A DNA stretch of 63,558 bases, the filler included, from Chiloscyllium plagiosum (taxonomy: Eukaryota): the NCBI RefSeq assembly GCF_004010195.1. It is 4 parts of one record of this genome, joined end to end, with 100 filler letters (N's around TTAATTAATTAA, not from the genome) between each part and the next. Parts side by side here need not be neighbours in the genome. Positions count along the whole stretch, not along the records: positions 1 to 18,860 come from NC_057715.1; 3 more parts are not named here. One strand, 5' to 3'. Below the pieces are notes generated by a model. That model made no database searches. It had not been told where the DNA came from and saw only the letters and a list, made by a program, of their open reading frames with translations. A program made the position numbers and the translations under genes. Of this stretch, positions 1-12,937 are shown piece by piece (the stretch's first letter is position 1; every line of letters starts with the position of its first letter).

Positions 1-675
1 AAGGATTCACTCGATCTATCCTGTCTATACCTGACATATGCTTCCTTCTTTTTCTTAACTAAACCCTCAATTACTTTAGTCATCCAGCATTCCCTATACC
101 TACCAACCTTCCCTTCCATCACTCGATCTATCCTGTCTATACCTGACATATGCTTCCTTCTTTTTCTTAACTAAACCCTCAATTACTTTAGTCATCCAGC
201 ATTCCCTATACCTACCAACCTTCCCTTCCACCCTGACAGGAATATACTTTTTCTGGATTCTTGTTATCTCATTTCTGAAGGCTTCCCATTTTCCAAAAGT
301 CCCTTTACCTGCGAACATCTGCCTCCAATCAGCTTTAAAAGTTCTTGCCCAATACCGTCAAAATTGGCCTTTCTCCAATGTAGAACTTCAACTTTTAGAT
401 CTGGTCTATTCTTTTCCATCACTATTTTAAATCTAATAGAAATATGGTCGCTGGCCCCAAAGTGCCCTCCCACTGACACCTCAGTCACCTGCCCTGCCTT
501 ATTTCCCAAGAGTAGGTCAAGTTTTGCATCTTCTCTAGTAGGTACATCCACATACTGAATCAGAAAATGGTCTTGTACACACTTCCTCTCCATCTAAACT
601 AACACTATGGCAGTCCCAGTCAATGTCTGGAAAGTTAAAATCCCCCACCATAACCACCCTATTATTCTTACAGAG
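1..675 (-). mobile_element. CR1 LINE ORF2 fragment (endonuclease/linker region)
   Basis: ORFs contain QYVDVPTREDAKLDLLLGN..GASDH and KKKKEAYVRYRQ; paralogous to 12100-13280. Confidence 0.85.
7..230. repeat. Exact 112-bp tandem duplication
   Basis: 7-118 is identical to 119-230. Confidence 0.9.
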
Positions 676-1220
676 ACATGTTGGGCCATAGGGCCTGTTT
701 CCACCCTGTAGGGAATCTAATCTAATATCTCAAAAACCAAGAGGTACAGTCCTCAGTCAAGTCAATGGAGAAAGCTTTCAGTCAGGTGATCCAATACAGT
801 AAGTAAGGCTTGAAAATGGTCAGTCAGTAGTTTGAGGTATTCAGGATTAGAAGTTTGTCTCATTACAGTAGAGATAGAGGGCCCCAGTCAGTCCTGCAGG
901 TTTAGTGCAATTAATCAGAGAATCTTATTAAGCTAGTCAGGGAGCTGCACAGAGATTGGACTTGGGCGCCATCACCCATCAGTTGGAACAGTCTGTCCAA
1001 GTCAGTCCTGGGGATGAGCTCAATAAAAACCTAGCAGGCTTTTATCAGAGGCCAGTGCTGTAGTAGGGAATTCAGGGGAAAGTCAATTCTGGGGACTGGA
1101 GGCAGCATACTAGGATGCAGAAAGGTCAATAATTGTAAAGCAGGGAAACTCAATACATAATGTATAGTACATTGGAGGACATTCATCACTGCAAGAATGG
1201 GGGTGGTCCAGCATAGCCAC

Positions 1221-1420
1221 AAACAAAAACAGAAATTGCTGGAAAAACTCAGTAGGTCTGGCAGCTTCTGTGGAGAGAACTCACAGTCAATGTCACTGGA
1301 CCCAAAAAGTTAACTGTGATTTCTCTCCACAGACGCTGTCAAACCTGCTGAGTTCTGCCAGCAATTTCTGTTTTTGTTTCTGATTTCCAGCATCCACAGT
1401 TTTTTTTGTTTTTTTATTTA
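1221..1420. mobile_element. Fold-back PLE-tail mini element
   Basis: Inverted arms aaacaaaaacagaaattgctgg.. / ..ccagcaatttctgtttttgttt. Degenerate TSD gtccagcat[a/g]gc at about 1206 and about 1421. Confidence 0.65.
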
Positions 1421-2324
1421 GTCCAGCATGGCTGTGGACATGGCTAATCTGTAGGAATGAGTCTGGGGAGGGTAATGTTGAGAGATGAAGAAATATTTGA
1501 AAGAGTGGGCATGTGTGGAAGTTCACTGTTGATGGGCTGAACAGAGATTGCAAGGAAGAAAGGGACATGAAGGTTTGAATGTGGGTTTGGTGAGCCTTTA
1601 TTACCAGGCTGAGCTTGGGTCTTGCTGTGTCAAGTGTAATCTCCACTGCTTTCCATACTCATAAGATTCATGAATGCACAGTTGGAAATAGAAAATAGCT
1701 GCAATCATATGTGGAGTGGACAGACTATTTTTGTTTGGATTGAGCATACAGGTTCTACTTCTGAGCTATGTAAAGCTTTTTCATGTGGCAATTGCATTGA
1801 TCAGACACTTTCACAGTATAGGTTGAAGTCATCTGTAATCATAATACCCTGCATGCAGCATCAAACCATGTGGGATATAAATCACATTCACAAGCAATTT
1901 TGACCAAGTTATTGGTTATTACAGAGTGATCATAATCACCCCTGAGAAGCAGAAATACTCACAGGCGCCATTAACAATGGCAGCTGTGGGACACCTATAC
2001 ACAAAGACAATCCAACATCTCATAATCTGCTCAAGGGCTCAGAGCTGATTTCCTCTCACTTTGAAGTGTAAGGTATTCACCAACATGTTTTTATGTGAAA
2101 TGGTGCCTTTCTTGGTTAATGTGAGAGATTAGGATAAAGTATCAGAAAGCGTACATTACTTATAATCTTCCACTATATTTGGCTTGTGCTCCATTCATTG
2201 GAATAAAGTATCCTCTGTCAAAGGTCCATATACAGGCATTTCATGGAACTCCATGTTCCAACGTATAAAAGCATATGCTAAACTGTCATTTTTACAGGAT
2301 GCAAATGCTCACCTTACCAAGGAC

Positions 2325-2815
2325 CTGAAACAAAAACAGGGAGTGCTGGAGAAACTCAGCAGATCTGGCAACATCAGTGGAGAGAAAGCAGAGTCAATGA
2401 CTTGGGTCCAGTGACCCAAACTTTAGAATTAGTAATAGTGAAGAAAAGGTTGTATACATGCCCAAGACAGGGTTGGTGGTGGTTAAGGGGTTGGGTGAGG
2501 AGATGGGGGAATAAAATATTGAGAGGATGGGTGGAGACAGAGCCTAGAGGAGAAGACAGTTAGGCAGACAAAGGGATAGATAATGGTATGCCAGGGAAGG
2601 AGAAAAGTTGATCATTGGGACCGTGGGAAGGTGGACGTGGGTTGGCTGTACTGAAGGGAGTCTGTGAAATAACAAGACTTGGGATGTGGCAGTGGGTAAA
2701 AGACATATATGAAGATACTGCAATTTCAAAATTATTGAAGACCATGTTGAGTCCGAAGGCTGCTGGGTTCCCATGCGGAATTTGGAATGCTGTTCTTCCA
2801 GCTTGCATTGAGCCT
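2325..2815 (-). mobile_element. Penelope-like element 3' end (GIY-YIG C-terminus plus terminal repeat)
   Basis: Frameshifted KLEEQH...LGT.QP.GLN-like tail; terminal repeat shared with about 47190, 52275 and 57300. Confidence 0.65.
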
Positions 2816-3415
2816 TATTATTACTAAGGATCTGATCTGTTTGGTATTCTCACACAGGTGTATGGTCTGTGACCAATGAATATAGCCACAGCAAGGGTTA
2901 TTATCATTGATACTTTGGTGTAATGAAGGTACAGAAAAATTCAGGAAGAATAGACGGACCAGCAAACTTAGGACCAGCAGCAACATCCAGCAATGGTGAA
3001 CAGCCTCGACATGAAGATCTCAGAGCTGAAGATTCCCTCACGATTCACGGGAGGTACAGAAGGGTCATTGTCTATTGTCCTTGATGCCATTTGTTGAGAT
3101 GAGCACAGTGTCACCAAAATTTGAAGATGGCTCAGGACACTGTCACAGAAATATGCCAACTGCTGGAATGGGACCTGTGAACTGAAGGGGGTGGGCTACC
3201 TATCCCAGTTTCCAAGGGGGATATTAAACTTTGAAGCAATTGGCTGCTTCCAAGGATTCACTGGAGACCTGCTCAACCTTGACCCACAAATTTTTCAAAG
3301 CTGTTATTGATACAATTCATGTCCGAACACGCCGCTTGATATCATTTCCCCTTGACTAAGTCAGTGCTGTAGTATGGATAGTAGGCTTTGTCAACATAGC
3401 TGGCTTCCTCCAAGG

Positions 3416-3759
3416 CATGGATAGGATAAATAGGCAAAGACTTTTCCCTGGGGTCGGGGTGTCCAGAACTAGAGGGCATAGGTTTACGGTGAGAGGGGAA
3501 AGATATAAAAGAGACCTAAGGGGCAACTTTTTCACGCAGAGGGTGGTACGTGTATGGAATGAGCTGCCAGCGGATGTGGTGGAGGCTGGTACAATTGCAA
3601 CATTTAAGAGGCATTCGGATGGGTATATGAATAGGAAGGGTTTGAAGGGATATGGGCCGGGTGCTGGCAGGTGGGACTAGATTGGGTTGGGATATCAGGT
3701 CGGCATGGATGGGTTGGATCAAAGGGTCTGTTTCCGTGCTGTACATCTCTATGACTCTA
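3416..3759 (+). mobile_element. CR1 LINE 3' end
   Basis: RTRGHRF..RGNFFTQRVVRVWNELP motif and ctctatgactcta tail. Confidence 0.9.
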
Positions 3760-3927
3760 AGTGCAGAGTGCTATAGACTATACGCGCATCACATTGAGAA
3801 TGCCATACCATAACACAGTTGAAGTAGCAATGTATTTACAAATGTACATTTCTATTTTTATAAAATGTCAGTCGCTTCATATGTGCCCTCAGAAGCATTT
3901 AATTTTCACTTCCCTCCCACTACATTT

Positions 3928-4762
3928 GTGGGGGAAGGCAAATCCAGTTGTGACAAGGACATAAGCAATCCACAAAGGGATATAGATAAGTTGAGTGAGT
4001 GGGCAAAAACCTGACAGATAGAGTTTAATGTAGGAAAATGTGTGGTTATGCACTTTGGCAGGAAGAATCAAAAAGCAGTTATTTAAATGGAGAGAGATAC
4101 GCCAAAAAGTGCAGTACGGAAGGACCAGAGTATTCTTGTGCAAGAAATATAATGTTAGTGTATTTGTGTAAGAAGTATTTAAGGAAAATGGAATTTTGGC
4201 CTTTATTATTAAGGATGGAGTTAAAAAATTGGGAAGTCTTGTTACAACTGTATAGAGTGTCAGTCAAGCCACAACTGAGTAAGAAAGGATGTACTGGCAC
4301 TGGAGGTGATTCTAAAGAGATTTATTAGATTGATTCCTGGGAGAAAAGGGTTGGCTCATCACAAATGACTAAAAAAAATTAGCCTTTATTCATTAGAAGT
4401 GTAGAAATGATCTTTTTGAGATGTGTAAGATTCTGTGAGGGCTTGATAGGCTACGTACGGAGAGTATGTTAGTATGTTTCCATAGGTTGGGAGGGGGGTG
4501 GGTGCGGGGGAGGGGCGGAATGGAGAATCTTGAACTGGGGGACACAGTTACAGAATAAGGGACACTCTTTTAAAACTGAGACCCTCTAAGAGGGTAGTTA
4601 ATGCCTGGAATTATCAGGGAATTGTGGAGGATAGATCACTGAAAGAATTGAAGTAGAAGGTAGATTTTTGAAATATCACAATAATGGCTGTGATGAACAG
4701 GCACGAAAGAGAAGTTAAGGCCTGAGGCAGATAAGGCGTGACCTTGTTGAATGGTAGGGCAG
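3928..4762 (+). mobile_element. Degenerate CR1 LINE 3' portion
   Basis: Decayed RT C-terminal motifs (FNVGKCVVMHFG, EVLLQLYRV) and a CR1-type tail. Confidence 0.7.
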
Positions 4763-5324
4763 CTGAAACTTTATTGCTGGAACAGCACAGCAGGTCAGGC
4801 AGCATTGAGGAGCCAAATGACACACTCCTGCTCCTATTTCCTAAGTAATCTCCACAAAAACCTGAGAGGGAGAATGCAATGACTGACACTTCAAAGAAAA
4901 GTACTTGTCCTGAATTTGCTAAGCATACATTTTCTTCAATAATCTCTAAAATTTAATATTGAAAAACTCCTGTTTTTCTTCAATTGGTTCAATCTTGTCT
5001 GAACAAAAGACATTTTTTAAACATCACTACAATTGCTGGCAATTGGAATTACTGAATCCAAGTTATACTAATCACAATAATTGAGTTATATTTGTCAAAT
5101 TATGGCAAGAAGATTGCCAAACACCAGGCATCTGCACAGCCACAGGCAGAAGATGCTCTGTTCTCAGCCATAAATGACATTGTCAACCAACACAGACAGA
5201 CACAGGAATATCAAGTAGGTGTGCTAGAGAGCCTCAGTGGGTTGGAATGAAAGATGGACTAATCATTCAACATTTTCACTACTGTGGTGGCTCCAGCATG
5301 TGAGATCTGGCTGTCTTTACAAAA

Positions 5325-5712
5325 AGGCAAGCAGGAGGCTGGAAGAGCACAGCAAACTAAACAGCATCAGAGAAGCCGACTTTTCAGGTATAACTCGTCT
5401 TCAGGAATGGAAATGGGGTTGGGGGAGCTGCAGACAAAGAGAAGTGGGGGAAGGATTATGGGTGGGGAGAGGGGCACAGTGGTGAGGTAGTGATAGGTGA
5501 ATACAGTGCTAGGTACAACCTGGCAAGTTGATAGGAGGAATGAATCCAGTTGGTAGCTCGAAGAGGGCTGGTCGGAAGGATGGAAGGGAGGAGGCGGGGC
5601 TGGGAAGGGAGTCAAAGGATGGGTGGGAATGTTATTTGAAATTGGAGAATTTAATGTTGTGACCTCCAGCCTGTAGGCTGCCCAGGTGGAAGACAAGGGC
5701 AGCCACCTTGGA
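5325..5712 (-). mobile_element. Penelope-like element 3' end
   Basis: Decayed FHLGSLQ.GG.NI.FSNFK C-terminus, polypurine stretch and PLE terminal repeat. Confidence 0.6.
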
Positions 5713-5764
5713 GACACAGGTCCAGCAGTGGTGATGGTGACATAGTGGTAATGACACTGGACTA

Positions 5765-6093
5765 GATTAGATTAGATTGCTTACAGTGTGGAAACAGGCC
5801 CTTCAGCCCAACAAGTCCACACCGACCCGCTGAAGCGCACCCACCCAGATCCATTCCCCTACATTTACCCCTTCACCTAACACTACGGGCAATTTAGCAT
5901 GGCCAATTCACCTGACCTGCACATTTTTGGACTGTGGGAGGAAACCGGAGCACCCGGAGGAAACCCACGCAGATACGGGGAGAATGTGCAAACTCCACAC
6001 AATCAGTCGCCTGAGGCGGGAATTGAACCCGGGTCTCTGGCCCTGTGAGGCAGCAGTGCTAACCACTGTGCCGCCCACTGTGCCACCGTGCCG
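5765..6093 (-). mobile_element. tRNA-derived HE1/V-SINE-type SINE
   Basis: tRNA-like head with A/B boxes (TGGCACAGTGG..GGTTCAATTCC), V-domain TGTGGAGTTTGCAC..GGGTTTCCTCCGGGTGCTCCGGTTTCCTCCCAC, and (TCTAA)n tail. Confidence 0.9.
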
Positions 6094-6997
6094 ACTAGTT
6101 TTCCCGGGTCTCTGAACCATTATATGGTTCAAGCAATAGAGTGATGCCTGAGTTGGGCCAAGAGCAGCATTGATGATGTTGGGGCTGGTGCTGTGCCAGT
6201 GCAGAATTGCGTTGATGTAGGATTCAGTAAGAGCATTCCCACTGACCATGGCAACCCTGTGCAGAACAAGTGGCACCATGTAAAGAGAAGCTTGTTGTTC
6301 AGCATAGCCACTCTATAAGTTGCAACAACCACTGAAAGGACAAGTCACCAGGTAACCATTCACCTTCACTGGTTGATTCCTTTTTTGTATCATCAAATTT
6401 CTTTATTGTGGAGAGGAAACCTGGAAATACAATGTCAGTAGTGGCAGGTCAGGTTAATAATGGAACATGGAAATAAGCTAGTCACCACTTAAATGGTGAG
6501 AATCTGACCTTGCCATGTAAGTCATGAGAACTAAATCAAGTGATGTTTTCTTCATGTCAGATATCTGACTTTGGACTCTGGCCTAAGTCAGTTTACCCAT
6601 TTCCCTTGCACCTCAGGGAAGGGAAAATTTCACCTATTACTGCAAATCTGCTCTAGACTAGATGGTTATTGTAGATTGCCATGTCCTCAATTTTTCAGCA
6701 ATTTGCCCAATATCACTGTAAAACAAATTATAGAAGAAATTTCTAATCTTTGTGATTCAATTAGCCCTTTTAAGGTAGTTTGTAGTTTTATTTTAAAGAT
6801 CCCTAAGATGAATCAATAATGGATAAAACAGCATGATTAGTACAGTCTGTTACCAAGTTAAAAAGGAAATAGGAAATATAATGGACTAACTAAGCTAAAT
6901 GCTGCTCAGCAAGTCAATGAAACAGAACACCATCTGATAACTGAAACCTAGGCAATGTTGGATATCTTTGCTGGATTCTGACCATACCAGCTCTTAC

Positions 6998-7090
6998 CTG
7001 TAGAAGGGTCTCCCAGGTAATCCCATATGGTGGATAAAGGATCTTTCCAGGAGCATCAACTGGTCATTTATTATTCGTACAGCGAGTGGG
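6998..7090 (-). CDS. NAALAD2: GCPII/III exon (FOLH1 exon 18 equivalent); terminal exon not found in the window
   Basis: tttatAG..GTAAGA, 93 bp. [32 protein letters not shown] belongs to the TfR-like dimerisation domain. Confidence 0.93.
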
Positions 7091-8132
7091 CTATAAAAGA
7101 CATTGACCAAGTGAATGCAGTTATAGATGTAGACGTACATATAAATAACATTGTTATATTTGCTTCAATAGGAAAGTTGCATTTGGAAATTCTATTTCCT
7201 AATAAACAGCAAGTGTTTGATCAAACCAATTAGTTTTTTTTGTAAGGAATGACTTGAAATCCAGGTACTACCATTAATGAGCACGATTTGTGTGATTAAA
7301 AATATTTAGAGACGTATAAAATGAGGCTCTTGCTGAAACATGGCTTAAAGGCAAAAATACTTCTTGGATTTTCAAGATGGAGACATTACTTTATACATGC
7401 TGTATCATCTTTCCCTATAAGCAAATGATCATCATTGTTAGAGATTAGATGTCTAATTCATGTGTGCGTAGGAGAACTAATATTAGGCAGACTGAGCCTG
7501 TATGTGAATATTCTATAGAGACAAAATTGCATGGAACAATGTCCCCAATATGAGACAAATGTTTATTAACAGAGAAGTTGTACTGTCATTAAAAAGCAGT
7601 AGCATAATACTTTCAATAATGAATTGTAGAATTAATTTTTAATATTGACATTGCTAGTCCACCAAAACTTTTCAGCTGTGTCGGCCACTATTTATATGAA
7701 ATACATCCAAAACACAAAACATTTTTTAAGTTGGAGACACAGGTGAAGTGGTGGTTGGGTACAAGTACCTTACACAATCCAAAGGAAATATCGGCTGTCT
7801 TTTCATCCTTCCAAAAATGATGCGATGTAGACAATTCCTGCCAATGGCTAACTAATATGATGATGTTCAGTCACAGTACAATAGTAATATTATGAGGTAA
7901 ACAGTCTGGAGGCATCAATCAAGGACTATGGTAGTGATATGAGGTACTTACATTTCTCACTTAAATATCTGGATCCCAGAAAATATTTGGAAAAGTGTAT
8001 CATAGACTATCATAGACATAAATCAAAGTCTATCATTGTTAAGGGTGTTTTCATTATTTTCAAGCCAGACATCATAGTGCCAGATTAGATACATTAGCTC
8101 AGATTTATTTTATTCCCTTTTCATAATCATTA

Positions 8133-8465
8133 AGAAGAAGGCTAAGAGGGGATTTGATAGAGACATACAAGATAATCAGAGGATTAGCTAGGGTAGACAT
8201 CCTTTTTCCTAGGATGATGACGTCAGCTTGTATGAGGGGGCATAGCTACAAATTGAGGGGTGGTAGTTTTAAGACAGATGTCAGAGGCAAGTTCTTTACT
8301 CAGAGTGATAAGGGCGTGGAATGCCCTGCCTGTCAATGTAATTAACTTAGTCACATTAGGGAGATTTAAACAATCCTTGGACAAGCTCATGGATAATGAT
8401 GAGAGTTCAGCGCAACATCGAGGGCCGAAGGGCCTGTTCTGCGCTGTATTGTTCTATGTTCTATT
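8133..8465 (+). mobile_element. CR1 LINE 3' end
   Basis: LRGDLIETYKII..RGHSYKL..FFTQ and (ttctatg) tail. Confidence 0.85.
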
Positions 8466-8781
8466 TCAATGCTGAATTCATGCACTACATTTGTGGTTAA
8501 AATCATGACAAACCATTCAGCTGTCCAGGATTGAATAGTACACTTTCCAGCTGTTGCCTTCCATGTAAGGGATCTACATGAGGGAAAGGTGAACAATTTC
8601 TAATCCAATTTGTCTCAAATTTTGTTGGTTCATGTACAATAAAGGACAAAGCCATGGTCCATTTTCCTATAAGACAAGGTCATAAATAAAGATATGGAGA
8701 AGCTATAACCGCAGTAAGGGGGAGGGGGGTGTCATGCGTACGCTTCAACTTCATTATACTCCCATAGGTTTTAGAACTCAC

Positions 8782-8863
8782 TCTGTGACATCGATCTTTT
8801 CCAGCCGTTTGTGAAAATCAGTGGCAATGCGAGTAAAATTATGTACAGCTGAAAAGAGAGAGT
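8782..8863 (-). CDS. NAALAD2: GCPII/III exon (FOLH1 exon 17 equivalent)
   Basis: tttcAG..GTGAGT, 82 bp, phase compatible. DSLFSAVHNFTRIATDFHKRLEKIDVT. Confidence 0.93.
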
Positions 8864-10077
8864 CTGAAACAGAAGAGCAGATTTTAGCAAAACTTTTGAT
8901 TGCCTGTAAAGGCTAATAGCATTCTGCTGATGTTAAGTTTTTTAGTGTTAGCTTTTAACTGGCAACCAATGTAAAGAGCTTCAGATTGGGTGCTGTCAGT
9001 CTCTTAATGTCTATGTAATTCTCCTGCATAAAAAACTTATTCTTTCCCTTTGTAACCATTACAAACCAAAACCCCTGCCTCAATTATTTACAAAAGCAAT
9101 AGTTAGTAGTGGTCTTGCTGTTTCCATTTACATCCTTTAGGTCACCTCTTTGTTTCTTTACTTGTTCCATTTCCATTAATTTTTGGCTTGCTCAATCATA
9201 TTTTTTAATCAGTTAATCTCACCTGACTTCAAACAATCACAGAATTCTTTTTGCTTTTCATTTACCTACACAGCCCTTAATCCAACTTTTGCAGTCTCTG
9301 TAACTAACCCTGAATCTCTATGTATCTCTCAAGTTAACTTCCCTCTCCACACATTCTGATCAACATGCCGTGCACTTCCAACTTGTTTTCATTTCAGATT
9401 TTGTTTGTGTAATTGTAGAACTGTAACAACAATCAATAGACAACAAGCAGCAACTAATTTGTAACTAATTGATAATCCCATTCAACAGCACCAGAGGGAG
9501 ATGTCTGTCTTGCTGCTGAATGTATATCTGTGAGCTTAAGAGAAAGCATTGGTTGAACTGAAGAGTTTAAAAATAGCATCACAAAATTGCTGATTGAACT
9601 GCCTGCTCTATATATATTTAGCAGACATTAGCTGTACATGTTAATTCCTCAATTATATTATGGCTAGTGCAATTCGCAAAAGAAATAAGTGCACTATTTT
9701 GGTTAGCACACCTAGCGTCTGGTTCTACCAAGTCTAATTGTGTGGCAGCAAAATTTGAACTGGACATGCAAGTTAGAATTATCAACACCAGATAAAGAGA
9801 TGAAAAAAATTGATGGGATTAAGAGAGAGAGAAAAAAAGAAACTGTAAAAGTTAACTTTCTATACCAGAGAGATTGTTTGGCAGCAATTAGGGCTCATTA
9901 CACCATTAAAAAATATATGCACTGGAATGGCCAAACCATTCTTCCAAGGATTATGGGTACATAATCACATTAAGTACAGCAACATCATGGCTTCCATGCT
10001 TTCAATACCCCATCTTTCTACAAGATACTACTAAAGCAAGTTTTCTACAGGAGTTGAGTAAAGCTCTGATGTACTCA

Positions 10078-10322
10078 GAATCCCCACAGTGCAGATAGAG
10101 GCTACTTGGCCTATTGCGTCTGCACTGACCTTACAGCCTCTCCATACCCAATCGATCCCACCCTATCTCTGTAAGCCCACATTTACCACGGCCAATTCAG
10201 CTCGCCTATGCATCCCTACAGATAATTTAGCATGGCCAATCCATGTAATCTGCACATCTTCAGATTGCGGGAGGAAACCACAGTAGTTGGTGAAAACTTA
10301 CGCAGACATGGGGAAGCATGCA
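10078..10322 (-). mobile_element. Partial HE1-type SINE
   Basis: Diverged V-domain and 3' portion. Confidence 0.7.
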
Positions 10323-12201
10323 AACTCCAGTACTTGACCCATATCCTGCAAAACCCTTCCTATTCATATATCCATCCAAATGCCTTTTAAATGTGGTAAT
10401 TGTACCATCCTCCACCACTTCCTCTGACAGCTCATTCCATACACGCATCACCCATTGCATGAAAAGGTTGCCTTTTAAATCTTTCCCCTCTCACCCTAAA
10501 CCTACGCCCTCTAGTTTTGGACTCCCCCAACCCAGGGAAAAAGACCTTGCCTATTTACCCTATCCATGCCCCTCATGGTTTTATAAACCTCTATAAGGTC
10601 ACCCCTCAGCCTCCGATGCTCCAGGGAAAACTGCCCCGGTCTTTTCAGCCTCTCCCTGTAGCTGAAACTCTCCAACCCTGGCAACATCCTTGTAAATCTT
10701 TTCTGAACCCTTTCAAGTTTCACAACATCCTTACTATAGGAGGGAGACCACAATTGCACACAATATTCCAAAGGTGGCCTAGCCAATGTCCTGTACAGCC
10801 GCAACCTGACCTCCCAATTCCTATACTCAATGCTCTGACCAATAAAGGAAAGCATACCAAATGCCTTCTTCACTGTCCTATGTACCTGAGAGTCTATTTT
10901 CAAGGAGCAATGAACCAACATTCCAAGGTATCTTTGTTCAGCAACACTTCCTAGGACCTTACCATTAAGTAAATAAGTCCTGTCCTGATTTGTCATTCCA
11001 AAATGCAGCATGTCACATTTGTCTAAATTAAGCTCCATCTGCCACCCCTCGTCCCATTGGCCCATCTGATCAAGATCCCATTGTACTCTGAGGTAACCTT
11101 CTTCGCTATCCACTACACTTCCAATTTTGGGGTCATCTGCAAACTTACTAACCATTACCTGCTATGTTCACATCCAAATCATTTATATAAATGATGAAAA
11201 GCAGTGGACCCAGCACCGATCCTTGTGGCACTCCACTGGTCACAGGCCTCCAGTCTGAAAATCAACCCTCCACCACCATCCTCTGTCTTCTACCTTTGAG
11301 CCAGTTCTGTATCCAAATAGTTAGTTCTCCCTGTATTCCATGTGATCTAACCTTGCTAATCAGTCTACCTTGAGGAACCTTGTTGAACGCCTTACTGAAG
11401 TCCACGTTGATCACATCCACCGCTCTGCCCTCGTCAATCCACTTCATTACTTCTTCAAAAAATTCAAATCAAGTTAGATAGACATTATTTCCCATGCACA
11501 AAGCCACGTTGACTGTCTCTAATCAGTTCTTGCCTTTCCAAATACATGTAAATCCTGTACTTCAAGATTCTCTCCATCGGTGTCAGCCTCACCGTTCTAT
11601 AGTTCTCTGGCTTTGCCTTACCATCTTTCTTACATAGTGGCACCATGTTAGCCAACCTCCAGTCTTCCAGCACCTCACTTGTGGCTATCAATGTTCCAAA
11701 TATTTCACTTCCCACGGAGTTGTAGGGCACATCTGCTCAGGTTCTGGAGATTTATTCACCTTTATGTGTTTTAAGACATCCAGCACCTCCTCATACGTAA
11801 TATGGGCATTTTTCAAGATGTCACTATCTAATTCTCCACATTCTGTATCTTCCACATCCTTCTCCACAGTAAACACTGATGCAAAATACACATTTAGTAA
11901 CGCCCCTATCTTCTGCGGTTCCACACATAGGCTGCCTTGCTGATCGTTGAGAGGCCTTATTCTCTCCCTAATTACTCTTTTGTCCTTAATGTATTTGTAA
12001 AATCCGTTTGGATTCTCCTTAACTCTATTTGCCAAAGCTATCTCATGTCTCCTTTTTGCCCTCCTGATTTCCCTCTTAAGTATACTCATACTGCCTTTGT
12101 ACTCTTCTAAGGATTCACTAGATCTCTGCTGCCTGTACCTTACATATGCTTCTTTCTTCTCCTTGACCAAAACCTCAATTTCTCTCATCATCCAGTATTC
12201 C

Positions 12202-12712
12202 ATAAAGACCATAAGACGTAGGAGTAGAAATTAGGCCATTCAGTTCATAGAATCTGCTCCACCATTCAATCATCGCTGATAAGTTTCTCAACCCCATCCT
12301 CCCGCTTTCTCACCGTAATCTTTGATTCTCTTGATCCTCAAGAACCTATCTACTTCGGTCTTAAATATACCCATTGTCCTGGCTTCCACAGCCTTCTGTG
12401 GCAATAAATTCCATAGATTCGCCAGTGTCTGGCTGAAGACGTTTCTCCTTACCTCCATTCTAAAAGGTTTTCCCTACTCTAAAGCTATGCTTTTGGGTCC
12501 TAGGCTCTCCTACAATGGAAACACCTTCCCAACATCTACTTTGTCCATGCCTTTCAGTGTTCTGTATGTTTCAATTAGATCCCCCCACATCCTTCTGAAC
12601 TCCATCGAGTATAAACCCAGAGTCCTGAAACGTTTGTCATATGTTAAGCTTTTCATTCCTGGGACCCCTCTGAACATTCTCTAGGTCCAGTACATCCTTC
12701 CTGAGATAAGCT
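12202..12712 (-). mobile_element. Nested CR1 3' end of a different subfamily
   Basis: (cataaga) tail repeats and RT C-terminal remnant interrupting the host ORF2. Confidence 0.75.
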
Positions 12713-12853
12713 CTACACCTACTAGCCTTGCCTTTCATCCTAACAAGAACATCCTGTCTCTGGACTCTCATTATCACATTTTGAAGGCTTCCCATTTTCC
12801 AGCTGTCCCTTTACCTGCGAACATTTGCACCGAATCAACTTTTGAAAGTTCTT

Positions 12854-12937
12854 AGGGCTTTTGCCCGAAACGTCGATTTTGCCTGTCCTCGGATGCTGCC
12901 TGAATTGCTGTGCTCTTCCAGCACCACTGATCCAGAA
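12854..12937 (+). mobile_element. 84-bp PLE-tail insertion with 14-bp TSD
   Basis: TSD ttttgaaagttctt at 12840-12853 and 12938-12951; the insert begins in hammerhead stem II (gggcttttgcccgaaacgtc). Confidence 0.8.

Noticed and set aside
7027..7233. ORFs 7027..7233, 23825..24175 and 26852..27088 on the + strand
   Set aside because: Antisense to true GCP exons, with no independent coding signal.
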